From an uncultured Clostridia bacterium (GTDB lineage Bacteria; Bacillota; Clostridia; Christensenellales; Borkfalkiaceae): 64,000 nucleotides of DNA. Positions 10,246 through 20,503 of the stretch are shown here, piece after piece (within the stretch, counting starts at the first letter, position 1; every line of letters begins with the position of its first letter). Below the pieces are notes generated by a model, which did no database searches, was not told where the DNA came from, and was given only the letters and a program-made list of their open reading frames with translations. Location of the stretch: assembly GCA_947627665.1 (NCBI GenBank), contig CANQWX010000007.1, positions 16,845 through 80,844 of the forward strand. Direction: 5' to 3'. The translations under genes were made by a program, and so were the position numbers.

Positions 10246-11748
10246 ATGGGAAAAATAAAATCGGCGATCCTTCTCACCCTGATCACGTTGATCGTCGCCG
10301 TTTTATGCGTAGTGTGTTTTGTCCCCTTCCCCGTGGGGGGCGACGGGATCCACTACTTTAATCCGATAATCAATTGGGCAGATAAGAGTGCGGATCTCGG
10401 CGGTTATCAGTACGGCGAGGAGGCGGCCTATCTCGGCGGCTCCTATTCCGTCGTGTTCTATCCCGAGGGCGTCATCTCCGCCAAGCAGTACAGCGACAAT
10501 GCCGATTCGGACGAAACGGAATATATCGCCTACAACGGCGGTTCGGTCTATCTCGACAAGGAGAAGGTCTGCGGCGGCGGAACGGAACCCACCGAGGAAT
10601 TCAAAGCGGCATTTGACGTACAGCTCCGTTGCCTGAAAGAGCGCTTCGGTAGGCTCCATTCGGAGGGCACGGTGCTCGAAGTGCGCGACGGCTTCACGGT
10701 ACAGGCCACCCTTCCCGCTTCGCTCGACGCCTCCGTCGCGGCATTCCTGTATTATTCGTACATGGGCGACGTCACCGTGCTGTACGGGACAAGCTCCGAC
10801 GCCGCGAGCGCCACACAGATCATTCCCGAAACGGGCAGCAAGCCGAAAGCGGCAAGCGAATATGTGAAGGGCGCGTCGATGCGCTCCAACATGGGCACCG
10901 CCTTTGTGGAAGTGGACTTCACCGACGCAGGGCTGGAGATCCTTTCGGACGCCACGTCGGGCGCCGCGGAGAGCGCGGGCTATCTGTTCGTGCAGGTCGG
11001 CGGCGAAACGGTCATCAATCTCTCCGTTTCCGAGCAGATCGACGACAACCTCTACGTCAGCGGCAGCTATACGAACGAAGCGGCGACCATCGTCGCCAAC
11101 ACCATCGACACGGCGCTCGATTGCGGGGATCTGGAACTCGGCATGGAGATGGGCGAACTGCACCGCAGCGAGGCGGGCTTCGCACCCCTTACCTTCGGCT
11201 CCGTTTCTCTGAGCGCGCTCGACCTTGTCTACATCGCCTGCGGGGTAGCCATCCTCGCCATGGCAGTGTTCTTCCTCATCCGCTACGGACTTCTGGGATT
11301 TGCGAACATCCTCACCTATCTGTTCTTCCTTGAACTCATGGTGCTCATCTATTGGGCGGTCCCGATCGCCATCGGCGCGGGCACGCTCGCCGCGTTCGCC
11401 ATCTCGTCCGTCCTGCTCTGCGCGAGCAACGCCCTTTCTTACGAGGCGGCGCGCAAGGAATACGCCGTCGGCAAGACGATGGCTTCCTCGGTGAAAACGG
11501 GCTATAAGAAGTGCTTCTGGCACATCTTCGATCTGCACATCGCCCTTGTTGCCATTGCGCTTTTGGTCTATCTCATCGCGCTTACCGAGCTTAGCGTGTT
11601 CGGGCTGGCGCTCACCTTCGGGGTAGCGCTTGCGGGGATCTGTTCCCTTCTCGTCAACCGCTTCCTCTGGTACCTCACGATGGGGCTTTCCAAGAACCCC
11701 GGCAAATTCTGTCATTTCAAGAGAGAGGAGGTAGAGGACGATGACTAA
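10246..11748 (+). CDS. secD: Protein translocase subunit SecD (divergent)
   Basis: N-terminal TM segment, large extracytoplasmic domain, and a C-terminal 5-TM block with a SecD-like pattern. It holds the conserved position yajC-...-secD-secF-recJ-relA. Confidence 0.65.
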   Translation: MGKIKSAILLTLITLIVAVLCVVCFVPFPVGGDGIHYFNPIINWADKSADLGGYQYGEEAAYLGGSYSVVFYPEGVISAKQYSDNADSDETEYIAYNGGSVYLDKEKVCGGGTEPTEEFKAAFDVQLRCLKERFGRLHSEGTVLEVRDGFTVQATLPASLDASVAAFLYYSYMGDVTVLYGTSSDAASATQIIPETGSKPKAASEYVKGASMRSNMGTAFVEVDFTDAGLEILSDATSGAAESAGYLFVQVGGETVINLSVSEQIDDNLYVSGSYTNEAATIVANTIDTALDCGDLELGMEMGELHRSEAGFAPLTFGSVSLSALDLVYIACGVAILAMAVFFLIRYGLLGFANILTYLFFLELMVLIYWAVPIAIGAGTLAAFAISSVLLCASNALSYEAARKEYAVGKTMASSVKTGYKKCFWHIFDLHIALVAIALLVYLIALTELSVFGLALTFGVALAGICSLLVNRFLWYLTMGLSKNPGKFCHFKREEVEDDD

Positions 11749-12739
11749 GCGTTTTCTTCCCGGAAAGTTGCTCCCTGTTTGGATCGCCGTATCCGCGGTA
11801 CTCATCGTGGCGGGCGTGGTGCTGTTCTCGATTTTCGGATTCCATTATGCTTCCCCCGAGAAAAAGACGATCGAGATCGGCTACGATGCGGTCGTATATA
11901 TCGAGAATAAAGAGGACGCTCTGGCGGAAAAATGCGAGGCGAGCTTCTCGCAGAACGGGGTTTCCTTTACCGACAAGCGCACCGAGCGCGAGCTGGATGT
12001 AAGCTATGTTTCGGAAACGGGCAATTATCTGCTCGTGTACACCTTCTCCTCCGCTACGGATGACGCCAAACTGCAAACGGCGGCGTCGAAGCTCGCGGAA
12101 ACGCTTCAGGCGGATCCCGAATTCGGCACGGCGGTGTCTGTTACGGCGCACGTCATGGAGGGCGAACACTTCTACGAAGCAAGCTGGCGGGCGGCAGTCG
12201 CCCTTGCGGTCGCGGCGATCGTCGCGCTCGTATATGTCGGCTTCCGTTTCGGTTGGGCAAATGCGATCGCGGGGCTTGTTGCCTGCGTGAACGATACGCT
12301 GCTCACCCTCTCCGTCTTTGCGCTGGCGCGCATTCCCGTGTATGCCTACGGTCCCGTGCTGTTTGCGGGGATCGCCGCGGTGTTCTCCGTGCTGCTCTGG
12401 TTCGTACAGTGCATGCGGATGCGGGAGAACTTCAAGGATCCCGCCTACACGTCGCTCACGGCGCAGGAGGCAGTGGGGCTGTCCGTTGCCGGTTCGTGGA
12501 AGCTCGTGCTTTGCTTCCTGGTCCCGCTTGCGGCGGTGTTCGCCGTGCTCGGGCTTGTTGCCTCGGGCGGGCTTCGTCTGTTCCTGCTCCCCGTGCTTGT
12601 GCCCCTTGCGGTAAGCGTGTATTCCTCTTTCCTGCTTGCTCCCGCGGTGCTCGTGCCCCTCAAGAGCAAGTTCGATAAGATGAGATCTTCGCGCAAGAAG
12701 TACGTCGGCAAGAAAAAGGCGACGGAAGCGCAGGAATAA
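11741..12739 (+). CDS. secF: Protein translocase subunit SecF (divergent)
   Basis: It overlaps the secD stop by 8 nt. It has an N-terminal TM segment, a periplasmic domain and a C-terminal multi-TM block, and synteny agrees. Confidence 0.65.
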   Translation: MTKRFLPGKLLPVWIAVSAVLIVAGVVLFSIFGFHYASPEKKTIEIGYDAVVYIENKEDALAEKCEASFSQNGVSFTDKRTERELDVSYVSETGNYLLVYTFSSATDDAKLQTAASKLAETLQADPEFGTAVSVTAHVMEGEHFYEASWRAAVALAVAAIVALVYVGFRFGWANAIAGLVACVNDTLLTLSVFALARIPVYAYGPVLFAGIAAVFSVLLWFVQCMRMRENFKDPAYTSLTAQEAVGLSVAGSWKLVLCFLVPLAAVFAVLGLVASGGLRLFLLPVLVPLAVSVYSSFLLAPAVLVPLKSKFDKMRSSRKKYVGKKKATEAQE

Positions 12740-12849
12740 TTTACAACCCGGTTTGAAAACGGCGGGAAGGTATTCCGCCGTTTTTCGTTTATAAGGCCGC
12801 ATTTCTTTCGGGAGTTTTCTCTCGAAGCACTGTTGTGGAGGACACCGCC

Positions 12850-15156
12850 ATGAAAAAAATCGTCCGCGAATACACGTTTTCGCCCGAAGAGCTGCATATT
12901 GTAAGAGAGCTGGCGCGCGCCCTCGATATCACCGAAACGACGGCGGGCATCCTGTTTTCGCGCGGGCTGAGGGAGGAGGAGAGCATGCGGCGGTTTTTGC
13001 ATCCTTCCCGCGAAAATCTGCTTTCGCCCTTCCTGATGCAGGGCATGAAGGAGGCGGTGGAGCTGCTCTCCCGCGCGCGGGAGGAGGGCTGGCGGGTGGC
13101 GGTATTCGGCGACTATGACGCAGACGGCATCGGCGCCTGCGCCATCATGCAGCGCGCGCTCACCGCGTACGGGATCGAACCCTATCTCTACGTTCCCGAA
13201 CGGGAGGAGGGGTACGGCATGAGCGTTTCCGCCATCGACGCGATCTTCGACGAATTTTTGCCCGATCTCATTATTACAGTGGATTGCGGCATCTCCAATT
13301 ATAAGGAAGTGGAATATATCAAGGAGCAGGGCGCCTACGTCATCGTCACCGACCACCACGAACTGCCCGAGATCCTTCCCGACTGCATCTGCATCAATCC
13401 CAAGCTCAAAGACGCCTACCCCTACGACAACCTCTGCGGGGCGGGGGTCGCCTTCAAGCTCGCTTCGGCGCTTCTCGGCGAGGCGGCGGGCGACCTGCTC
13501 GATTTCTGCGCGCTCTCGACGGTGGCGGACAGCGTGCCGCTCACGGGGGAGAACCGCGACATCGTGTACGAAGGTCTGCTCCGCATGCGCAGGGAGCTGC
13601 GCCCCCTGTTCACCGCGATCCTCGGCAAGAGCGTGGAGATCACGGCGCAGACGCTTGCGTTCAGCATCGCGCCGCGCGTCAATGCGGCGGGCAGAATGGG
13701 CGACGCGCACACCGCGCTCCGCCTCTTCACCACCGAGGACGAGGGGGAGATCTTCGAACTTGCGGCAAGGTTGCAGGCATACAATACGGAGCGCCAGCAG
13801 CTCTGCGACGAGCTTTACGACAAGGCGCGCACGCAGATCATGGAAGAGGGCGCTTACGACAACATCGTCATGCTTGTGGGCGAGGGGTGGCATGCGGGGC
13901 TTATCGGCATCGTCGCCGCGCGCCTCGCGGAGGAATTCGCCCGTCCCGTCATTCTGTTCGTGCGGAAGGGGGAGATGCTCCGCGGCAGCGCCCGCAGCAT
14001 CGGGAACGTGAACATTTTCGAGGCGCTCAGGAGCGCTTCGCCCCTCATCGAGGAATTCGGCGGGCACGCGCAGGCGGCGGGGGTCAACGTCCGCGAAGAG
14101 AACTTCCCCGCCCTCAAAGCGGCGCTCGACGGCTATTTGAAGGAGCGCTATTCGCGCGAGGATTTTGTGCCGACGGTCGCGGTCTGCGAGGAGATCGAGG
14201 GGGAATTTCCCCACCGCCTCGCCGAGGAGCTTGAGCGGCTCGAACCGTACGGGGTGGGCAACCGCCGTCCGCTGTTCGTGGCGACGCTCGGGCGGACGAA
14301 CGCCGCGCCCATCAAACCGCTCTCTCCCCACCTCTCCCTCTCGGGCGGCGGGATGGATTTCATGTATTTCGGCGGTTATGCCGATCTGAAACTGCTCAAA
14401 AGCGACGTAAAGAAGCAAGTCGTGTTCGAATGCAACCTCTCCACCTACCGCGGCAAGGAGAGCTTAAAGGGCTTTATCCGCACCGTGCTCTATGATGCGG
14501 AGGAAAGCGCGGTCGGCGAGGAGGGGTTCGAGAACCTCGTCTGTTCGCTTGCGGGCGGGCAAAAGGCGTTTACCGCCCTGCGCGCGGAGGAGATCGACGC
14601 CCTGATCGCGGAAAAGGACGGGGCGAGCGCCTACGGGCTATGCGTGGTGGCGCAGAACGCCCAAACGCTTGCGCGTTTCCCCGCGCTTGCGGGCATTCCG
14701 CGCGACATTTACCGCCTTTCCTCGGGGAGCGCGCGCAACGTCGTTCTGCTCGCTCCCGACCCCGCCTGCGACCTCTCCGCCTATCGGGACGTGGTATTTC
14801 TCGAAACGCCCGCCGCGGTGCCGCAGGGAACGGGAAAAGCAGCCCTGTATGCGGCAAAGGACATCTGCGGGTACACGCAGCTGGACGGGCTTGACCTGAG
14901 CCGCGAGGGGATGGTAAAGGCGTTCCGCCTGCTCCGCGGAGGGGAGGGGATCGCCGCGGGGGACACTTATCTCGAAACGGTGCGACTCTTGCGCGCGCCG
15001 CAGGAAAAGCAGCTCGTATTCGCTTTGGCCGTGTTCTCGGAGCTGGGGCTTATCGACCTGAAAGAGGGCAGGCTCCGCTTTGTGCGCGGGCGGCATGCGG
15101 AACTTACGGACTCCAAAATTTACGCGGCGGCACTCACGCTCGCGCAGGCTTCTTAA
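12850..15156 (+). CDS. recJ: Single-stranded-DNA-specific exonuclease RecJ
   Basis: DHH motifs VFGDYDADGI, TVDCG and VTDHH are present, plus the DHHA1 region GGHAQAAG. A GGAGG RBS lies 8 nt before ATG 12850. Confidence 0.93.
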   Translation: MKKIVREYTFSPEELHIVRELARALDITETTAGILFSRGLREEESMRRFLHPSRENLLSPFLMQGMKEAVELLSRAREEGWRVAVFGDYDADGIGACAIMQRALTAYGIEPYLYVPEREEGYGMSVSAIDAIFDEFLPDLIITVDCGISNYKEVEYIKEQGAYVIVTDHHELPEILPDCICINPKLKDAYPYDNLCGAGVAFKLASALLGEAAGDLLDFCALSTVADSVPLTGENRDIVYEGLLRMRRELRPLFTAILGKSVEITAQTLAFSIAPRVNAAGRMGDAHTALRLFTTEDEGEIFELAARLQAYNTERQQLCDELYDKARTQIMEEGAYDNIVMLVGEGWHAGLIGIVAARLAEEFARPVILFVRKGEMLRGSARSIGNVNIFEALRSASPLIEEFGGHAQAAGVNVREENFPALKAALDGYLKERYSREDFVPTVAVCEEIEGEFPHRLAEELERLEPYGVGNRRPLFVATLGRTNAAPIKPLSPHLSLSGGGMDFMYFGGYADLKLLKSDVKKQVVFECNLSTYRGKESLKGFIRTVLYDAEESAVGEEGFENLVCSLAGGQKAFTALRAEEIDALIAEKDGASAYGLCVVAQNAQTLARFPALAGIPRDIYRLSSGSARNVVLLAPDPACDLSAYRDVVFLETPAAVPQGTGKAALYAAKDICGYTQLDGLDLSREGMVKAFRLLRGGEGIAAGDTYLETVRLLRAPQEKQLVFALAVFSELGLIDLKEGRLRFVRGRHAELTDSKIYAAALTLAQAS

Positions 15157-15186
15157 ATCTGCGCGGCCTACCGCCGGAGGCGATCT

Positions 15187-17316
15187 ATGGAACCGATCTT
15201 GATGAAGATATACGAATATTACACGGGCGAGGGGCGGGAAATGCTCCTGCACGCTTACGACTTTGCCAAGGAGGCGCACAGGAACCAGAAGCGCGCCTCG
15301 GGCGAGCCGTATTTCATCCACCCGTGCGCCGTCGCCGAGATCCTCGTCGATCTCGGTCTGGATACCGCCACCATCGGGGCGGCGCTCCTGCATGACGTCA
15401 TCGAGGACACGCCCTATACGGACGAGGACATCCGCCGCGAATTCGGCGACGAGGTGCTCACGCTCGTTTCGGGGGTGACCAAGCTCGACCGCATCGTGTT
15501 CAAGTCGCAGGAGGAGGAAGAGGCGGAAAATTTCCGCAAGATCTTCGTCGCCATGGCGAAGGATATCCGCGTGATCATCATCAAACTTGCGGACAGATTG
15601 CACAATATGCGCTCTCTGAACTACCTCTCCGAGGAGCGGCAGAAGAAGATGGCGCAGGAAACGCTCGACATCTACGCGCCCATCGCGGGCCGTTTGGGTA
15701 TCAGCCAGATCAAGTGCGAACTTGAGGACCTCTGCCTCAAATATCTCGATCCCGCGGCGTTTGAATTTTTGGTGGAAAACATCCACCAAAAGCTCGAAGA
15801 ACGCAACCGTTTCGTCGATTTCGTCGTCGAGGAGATCAACGAGATCCTCACCGAGTCGGAGATCCGCGGCGAGGTGTTCGGGCGTCCCAAGCACTTCTAT
15901 TCCATCTACAAAAAGATGAAGACGAAGAACAAGACGCTCGACCAGATCTACGATCTCACCGCAGTGCGGGTCATCGTCGGCACGGTGGACGAATGCTACG
16001 AAGTGCTCGGCAAGATCCATAAGAAATGGAAGCCGATCCCGGGGCGCATCAAGGACTACATCGCCATGCCCAAGCCCAATCTCTACCAGTCGCTGCACAC
16101 GACGGTCGTCACCAATTTCGGGCAGCCGTTCGAGATCCAGATCCGCACCGAGGAGATGCACCGCACGGCGGAATACGGCATCGCGGCGCATTGGAAATAC
16201 AAGGAGAACCGTACCGAGGAGACCTCGCTCGACCAGCGCGTGGCGTGGATCCGCGAGGCGATGGAGTGGCAGGGCGACTTAAAGGACAGCAAGGAATTCC
16301 TCGATACCGTCAAGGGGGAGATGTTCAGCACCGAGCTTCTGGTGTTCACCCCGCAGGGCAAGGTCATCTCCCTGCCCGCGGAGGCGACCCCCGTCGATTT
16401 CGCCTACGCCATTCACTCCGAAGTGGGCAACCATTGCACGGGCGCGAAAGTCAACGGCAAGATCGTGCCGCTCAGTTCCACGCTCGAGCTTGGGGACGTC
16501 GTCGAGATCATCACCTCGCCCGGGTCCAAGGGGCCTTCGCGCGATTGGCTGAAATTCATCAAATCCTCCTCCGCCAAGGCAAAGATCAAGGCGTTCTACA
16601 AAAAGAACATGAAGGAGGAGAACATCCGCCTCGGCAGGACGATGCTCGAAGAGGCGGCAAAGCGCAAAGGGTACGCGCTCTCCGACATCCTCACCGACGA
16701 GAGCTTCAAAAAGGTCTCCGACAAACTCTCGTTCGCCTCGATCGACGAGATGCTCGCCTCCATCGGCTACGGCGCGACGACGGTCAACCAGGTGATCTTC
16801 AAGCTCATCGACTATTTCAAGCGCGAAGTCCCGCAGCCCATCATGCCGCAGGAATACCGCGGCAAGCTCGCCAAGGGGTCGGTGATCGTCAACGGTACCA
16901 CGGGGCTGCTCGTCAATTTCGCGGGCTGCTGTTCGCCCGTCCCCGGGGACGACATCGTCGGCTTCGTCACGCGGGGGAGGGGGATCGTCATCCACCGCAA
17001 GGATTGCCCCAACATGCGCGGGGTGGAGGAGGAGCGCCTGCAACCCGCCGAATGGATCACCGAGGGCGGCGCGCAGTTCAAGGCGGCGATCGTGGTCACC
17101 GCGGCGGAACAGGGCGCGGCGATCGCGGCGATCGCGGGCAGCGTCGCCGAAATGAAGCTCGGCATCACCTCCATCAACGGCAGATACGACAAGAACGAAA
17201 ACGCCATCATCGACGTCACCGTCACGCTCACCAACCGCCAGGACGTCGAGGTGCTCATCAAAAAGATCAAAGCCTACAACAACAAGATCTACGACGTGCA
17301 CAGAAGCAGCAACTGA
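15187..17316 (+). CDS. relA: Bifunctional (p)ppGpp synthetase/hydrolase (RelA/SpoT, Rel)
   Basis: 709 aa. It has the HD domain (HPCAVAEIL...LHDVIEDT), the synthetase block (DYIAMPKPNLYQSLHTTV), and TGS and ACT regions. Confidence 0.96.
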   Translation: MEPILMKIYEYYTGEGREMLLHAYDFAKEAHRNQKRASGEPYFIHPCAVAEILVDLGLDTATIGAALLHDVIEDTPYTDEDIRREFGDEVLTLVSGVTKLDRIVFKSQEEEEAENFRKIFVAMAKDIRVIIIKLADRLHNMRSLNYLSEERQKKMAQETLDIYAPIAGRLGISQIKCELEDLCLKYLDPAAFEFLVENIHQKLEERNRFVDFVVEEINEILTESEIRGEVFGRPKHFYSIYKKMKTKNKTLDQIYDLTAVRVIVGTVDECYEVLGKIHKKWKPIPGRIKDYIAMPKPNLYQSLHTTVVTNFGQPFEIQIRTEEMHRTAEYGIAAHWKYKENRTEETSLDQRVAWIREAMEWQGDLKDSKEFLDTVKGEMFSTELLVFTPQGKVISLPAEATPVDFAYAIHSEVGNHCTGAKVNGKIVPLSSTLELGDVVEIITSPGSKGPSRDWLKFIKSSSAKAKIKAFYKKNMKEENIRLGRTMLEEAAKRKGYALSDILTDESFKKVSDKLSFASIDEMLASIGYGATTVNQVIFKLIDYFKREVPQPIMPQEYRGKLAKGSVIVNGTTGLLVNFAGCCSPVPGDDIVGFVTRGRGIVIHRKDCPNMRGVEEERLQPAEWITEGGAQFKAAIVVTAAEQGAAIAAIAGSVAEMKLGITSINGRYDKNENAIIDVTVTLTNRQDVEVLIKKIKAYNNKIYDVHRSSN

Positions 17317-17324
17317 CGGTTATA

Positions 17325-17645
17325 AACGCGTCACGCTATCCCCTCCGTCGGAGGGGGACTAAGGGGGTGGGCCTCCAAACGCGTCACGCTACCCCCTCCA
17401 TCGGAGGGGGACTATGGGGGTGGGCCTCCAAACACGTCACGCTACCCCCTCCATCGGAGGGGGACTAAGGGGGTGGGCATTCCAAACACGCCACGTTACT
17501 CCCTCCATTGGAGGGGGATCAAGGGGGTGGGCCTCCAAACACGTCACGTTGCCCCCTCCATCGGAGGGGGATCAAGGGGGTGGGCCTCCAAACACGTCAC
17601 GCTACCCCCTCCATCGGAGGGGGACTAAGGGGGTGGGCATTCCAA
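17325..17645. repeat. Tandem array of 6 copies of a 52-54 bp unit (aaacacgtcacgctaCCCCCTCCatcgGAGGGGGactaaGGGGGTGGGCctcc)
   Basis: Unit starts were read at 17325, 17377, 17430, 17484, 17537 and 17590. Every unit holds an 8 bp GC hairpin plus a GGGGGTGGG box. No unique spacers are present. Confidence 0.95.
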
Positions 17646-17738
17646 GAGCGCCGTCGACCCTTTCGACTGTCCCGTCTATGCGGGACACGGCGAGGACAGC
17701 ACGCTCGGCTATGAAAAAACGCACAACGGGTACTTAAA

Positions 17739-19136
17739 ATGCTGATGTCAACCGAAAAATGGCTCGAACCAGAACTAATGGATGTCGTGCGGCTCTTCCC
17801 CGGCGCGGAGGAGCTTTTTTTGGCACACGAAATGAGGGCGGAAGAGGGGACGGTCCGCAACGCCGTGACTTTGAACGGCGAAGCGCACGTCTTTGAAACC
17901 GCCTTTTCCGCTTCCTCCGAAACCGAGCGCAAGAGCCTACTGAAACGCTATGCAAAGCTCGCCTTGTACGATGTCCTGTCGGCGCATTTCCGCAAAGATC
18001 TGCCGTGGGGATCGCTCACGGGGATCCGTCCCACGCGGCTCGCCTATCAGGAACTTGAAAAGGGCCGCGATTTCCGCCCGCTGTTCCGCTTGCTCAAAGT
18101 GTCGGAGGAAAACATCGGGCTTGTCGCGCGCGTTTTGGAGGGACAGAAGGGGGTCTACGAGCGCAAAGAGGGGAATGCGGACCTCTATGTATCCCTGCCT
18201 TTTTGCCCGAGCAAATGCACTTATTGCTCCTTTATCACCGCGCCCATCGAGAAGACGCGGCAGTTCGTGCCCGCCTATCTTAGCGCGCTCGAGCAGGAGT
18301 TAGAGGCGGCAAAGCCGCTCATCCAAAACCTGCGCTCCCTCTATGTGGGCGGGGGAACGCCCTTCGTGCTGGAACCGCAGGACCTCGAACGGGTGCTGAA
18401 AATGCTTGCCCCGCTTGCGGGGAAGGTGGAATACACGGTGGAAGCGGGCCGTCCCGACGTGTTTACCCCCGAAAAACTCGACCTGTGTGAAAAATATGGG
18501 GTCACCCGCATCTGTATCAACGCGCAGTCGTTCTCCGACCGCACGCTTGCCGCGATCGGCAGGAAGCACACCCGCGCCCAGCTGTACGAGGCGTTCGAAA
18601 TGGCAAAGCCCTACCCGTTTACCGTCAACTGCGACCTCATCGCGGGGCTGACGGGGGAGAGCGTCGAAGAATTCCGTTCGAGCGTGGAGCAGGCGGTAGA
18701 CCTCGCGCCCGCAAATATCACCGTGCACACCCTCTGCCTCAAAAAGGGCGCAAAATTGAAGGAAGAGCGCCTGCGGCCCACGCAAGATGCCCCCGCGCTC
18801 ACCCTTCTTTCCGACGAACATCTCGCCGAAATGATCTCGTTTTCGCGGGACGTATTGACAAAAGCGGGCTACGAGCCATATTATTTGTACCGCCAGAAGT
18901 ACATGGCGGGCGCGCACGAGAACGTCGGCTGGACGAAGAAGGGCTACGCCTCGGTGTACAACGTCGACGTCATGGAGGAGAGCGCGGACAATCTGGCGAT
19001 CGGCTCGAATGCGATCTCGAAGCGGGTGATTTTAAGCGAGGGGCGCATCGAGCGCCTCGGCTCCCCCAAGGACATTCCCACCTACCTCGAAAAGGTGGAA
19101 AAGCTCATCGAAGAAAAGAACGAACTGTTTTCCTGA
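17739..19136 (+). CDS. HemN-family radical SAM protein, HemZ-like (oxygen-independent coproporphyrinogen dehydrogenase-like)
   Basis: SLPFCPSKCTYCSF (CxxxCxxC) and GGGTP are present, with a HemN-type C-terminal domain. About 150 aa precede the core, as in HemZ. Confidence 0.65.
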   Translation: MLMSTEKWLEPELMDVVRLFPGAEELFLAHEMRAEEGTVRNAVTLNGEAHVFETAFSASSETERKSLLKRYAKLALYDVLSAHFRKDLPWGSLTGIRPTRLAYQELEKGRDFRPLFRLLKVSEENIGLVARVLEGQKGVYERKEGNADLYVSLPFCPSKCTYCSFITAPIEKTRQFVPAYLSALEQELEAAKPLIQNLRSLYVGGGTPFVLEPQDLERVLKMLAPLAGKVEYTVEAGRPDVFTPEKLDLCEKYGVTRICINAQSFSDRTLAAIGRKHTRAQLYEAFEMAKPYPFTVNCDLIAGLTGESVEEFRSSVEQAVDLAPANITVHTLCLKKGAKLKEERLRPTQDAPALTLLSDEHLAEMISFSRDVLTKAGYEPYYLYRQKYMAGAHENVGWTKKGYASVYNVDVMEESADNLAIGSNAISKRVILSEGRIERLGSPKDIPTYLEKVEKLIEEKNELFS

Positions 19137-19140
19137 AACA

Positions 19141-19177
19141 AAAGCGCCGCGCGGGAAATTTCCCCGCACGGCGCTTT
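19141..19177 (+). terminator. Hairpin terminator after the hemZ-like gene
   Basis: The sequence aaagcgccgcgcggg-aaattt-ccccgcacggcgcttt is an imperfect GC stem flanked by A/T. Confidence 0.5.
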
Positions 19178-19208
19178 GGAAAATTTCGGAAAATCTCCCC
19201 GAAAATAT

Positions 19209-19237
19209 TTGACAATTATGTTCATTGCACATATAAT
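19209..19237 (+). promoter_or_regulatory. Sigma-70-type promoter (TTGACA-17 bp-TATAAT) for the lipoprotein gene
   Basis: Perfect hexamers with 17 bp spacing lie 44 bp upstream of ATG 19281. Confidence 0.6.
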
Positions 19238-19280
19238 ATTAGGCAAGCAAATGCTGAAAAAACATCAAGGAGAGAAAAAC

Positions 19281-20435
19281 ATGAAAAAGATCGCAACATT
19301 GTTTTTATCGCTCGTTTGCTTGTCGGCGCTGTTCTGTCTGCCCGCCTGCAAACTGTTCGGTAACACGGGTTCCGACACGTTCGAAGGGGCGTTTTCCGAA
19401 CAGGTCTACGCCACGGACAAAGAGGCGGTGGAGGGCTTCCTCGCCACGGAGATCTCGGGCGGCGCCGTTAAGGCGGAGCTTGTCGACTTCGAGGAGAAGG
19501 GTGAACTCAGCGAGAGCGAACTCGAGGGCTTGGACAAAGAGGTCCTCAACGAAGGCGACGAGATCGTTTCCGCCAAGAGCGTGGAGGTCACCTACAAGCG
19601 GGAAAAGAAGGCCGCGGTGGCTTCTCTTGCCGAAGAGGAAGACGATATGCTCGTGTTTACCGTGTATATCATCGAGATCTCGCCCCATGGCGCGACGGTG
19701 CACGAATACCGCTATTACGTTCCGCGGGCAAAGGACGGCGACGTGCTCACCAGGAGCTATTATGAGGATCTGCTCGACTCCGAAAAATATGTCAATTGCA
19801 CGCAGGTCTACACGAACGTCATGAAGATGACGATGCCCGATATGACCAGCAGCACCCCCGATAACATCAAGACCACAACGCAAGAGATGAAGTCGGCGTA
19901 TACGATCAAGGTCGCCGATAACAAGGCTTCTCTCGAGATGACGATGCCCGATCTCACGTCGTACGATCCGACCAATCCCACGACCCTGCTCACTTACAGG
20001 CATCTTTGGGGCTATTTCGAATACGGCACCGAATTCAACGTCTGGGCAAGCGCCGACGGCACTTCCTATGTAAAGGCTGCCACCAATCCTTTCGTGCAAT
20101 ACGGCATTACGGATATCAAGTCCTTTGCCGTGATGTGTCTGCCCAAGCTCGACTACAGCTACTACGAAAAGACCGACTACGGCTTCAAGATCCAGGACGA
20201 TTTTATGAATGAGTATGTCGGCAAGACGCTCAATCAGGCGGTGGGTTACGGCGCGGACGTCAAGGCGGAACTGCGCATCTATGTCACCGAAGGCAGAGTC
20301 AGTAAGATGGAGGCGAGCGCGTCCGTTTCTATGAGCGCGGAAGGCATCACGATCGGATCGTCGACCGAAGAGAAGCTCGAATTCAAGGATTTCGGCACCA
20401 CCTCGGTGACGAGGCCTTTGGGCGTCGTCGCATAA
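19281..20435 (+). CDS. Hypothetical lipoprotein
   Basis: MKKIATLFLSLVCLSALFCLPAC provides a signal peptide and lipobox. A GGAGAG RBS is present. I recognise no family. Confidence 0.6.
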   Translation: MKKIATLFLSLVCLSALFCLPACKLFGNTGSDTFEGAFSEQVYATDKEAVEGFLATEISGGAVKAELVDFEEKGELSESELEGLDKEVLNEGDEIVSAKSVEVTYKREKKAAVASLAEEEDDMLVFTVYIIEISPHGATVHEYRYYVPRAKDGDVLTRSYYEDLLDSEKYVNCTQVYTNVMKMTMPDMTSSTPDNIKTTTQEMKSAYTIKVADNKASLEMTMPDLTSYDPTNPTTLLTYRHLWGYFEYGTEFNVWASADGTSYVKAATNPFVQYGITDIKSFAVMCLPKLDYSYYEKTDYGFKIQDDFMNEYVGKTLNQAVGYGADVKAELRIYVTEGRVSKMEASASVSMSAEGITIGSSTEEKLEFKDFGTTSVTRPLGVVA

Positions 20436-20470
20436 GGGACGAAAAAAATCACATCCGTTTTTCAGAGAAT

Positions 20471-20498
20471 GCGCCGCGGGGCAAGTGCCCCGCGGCGC
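20471..20498. terminator. Hairpin gcgccgcggggcaagtgccccgcggcgc (bidirectional position); identical copy at 22522-22549
   Basis: A perfect 12 bp stem lies between convergent genes. Its 28 bp identity with the second copy was read directly. Confidence 0.6.
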
Positions 20499-20503
20499 AT
20501 CTT

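Noticed and set aside
17325-17645. Possible CRISPR array (regular ~53 bp periodicity containing a palindromic core)
   Set aside because: The whole 53 bp unit is conserved from copy to copy, so there are no unique spacers. No cas genes lie nearby. The same unit occurs singly elsewhere. It is a tandem repeat, not a CRISPR array.
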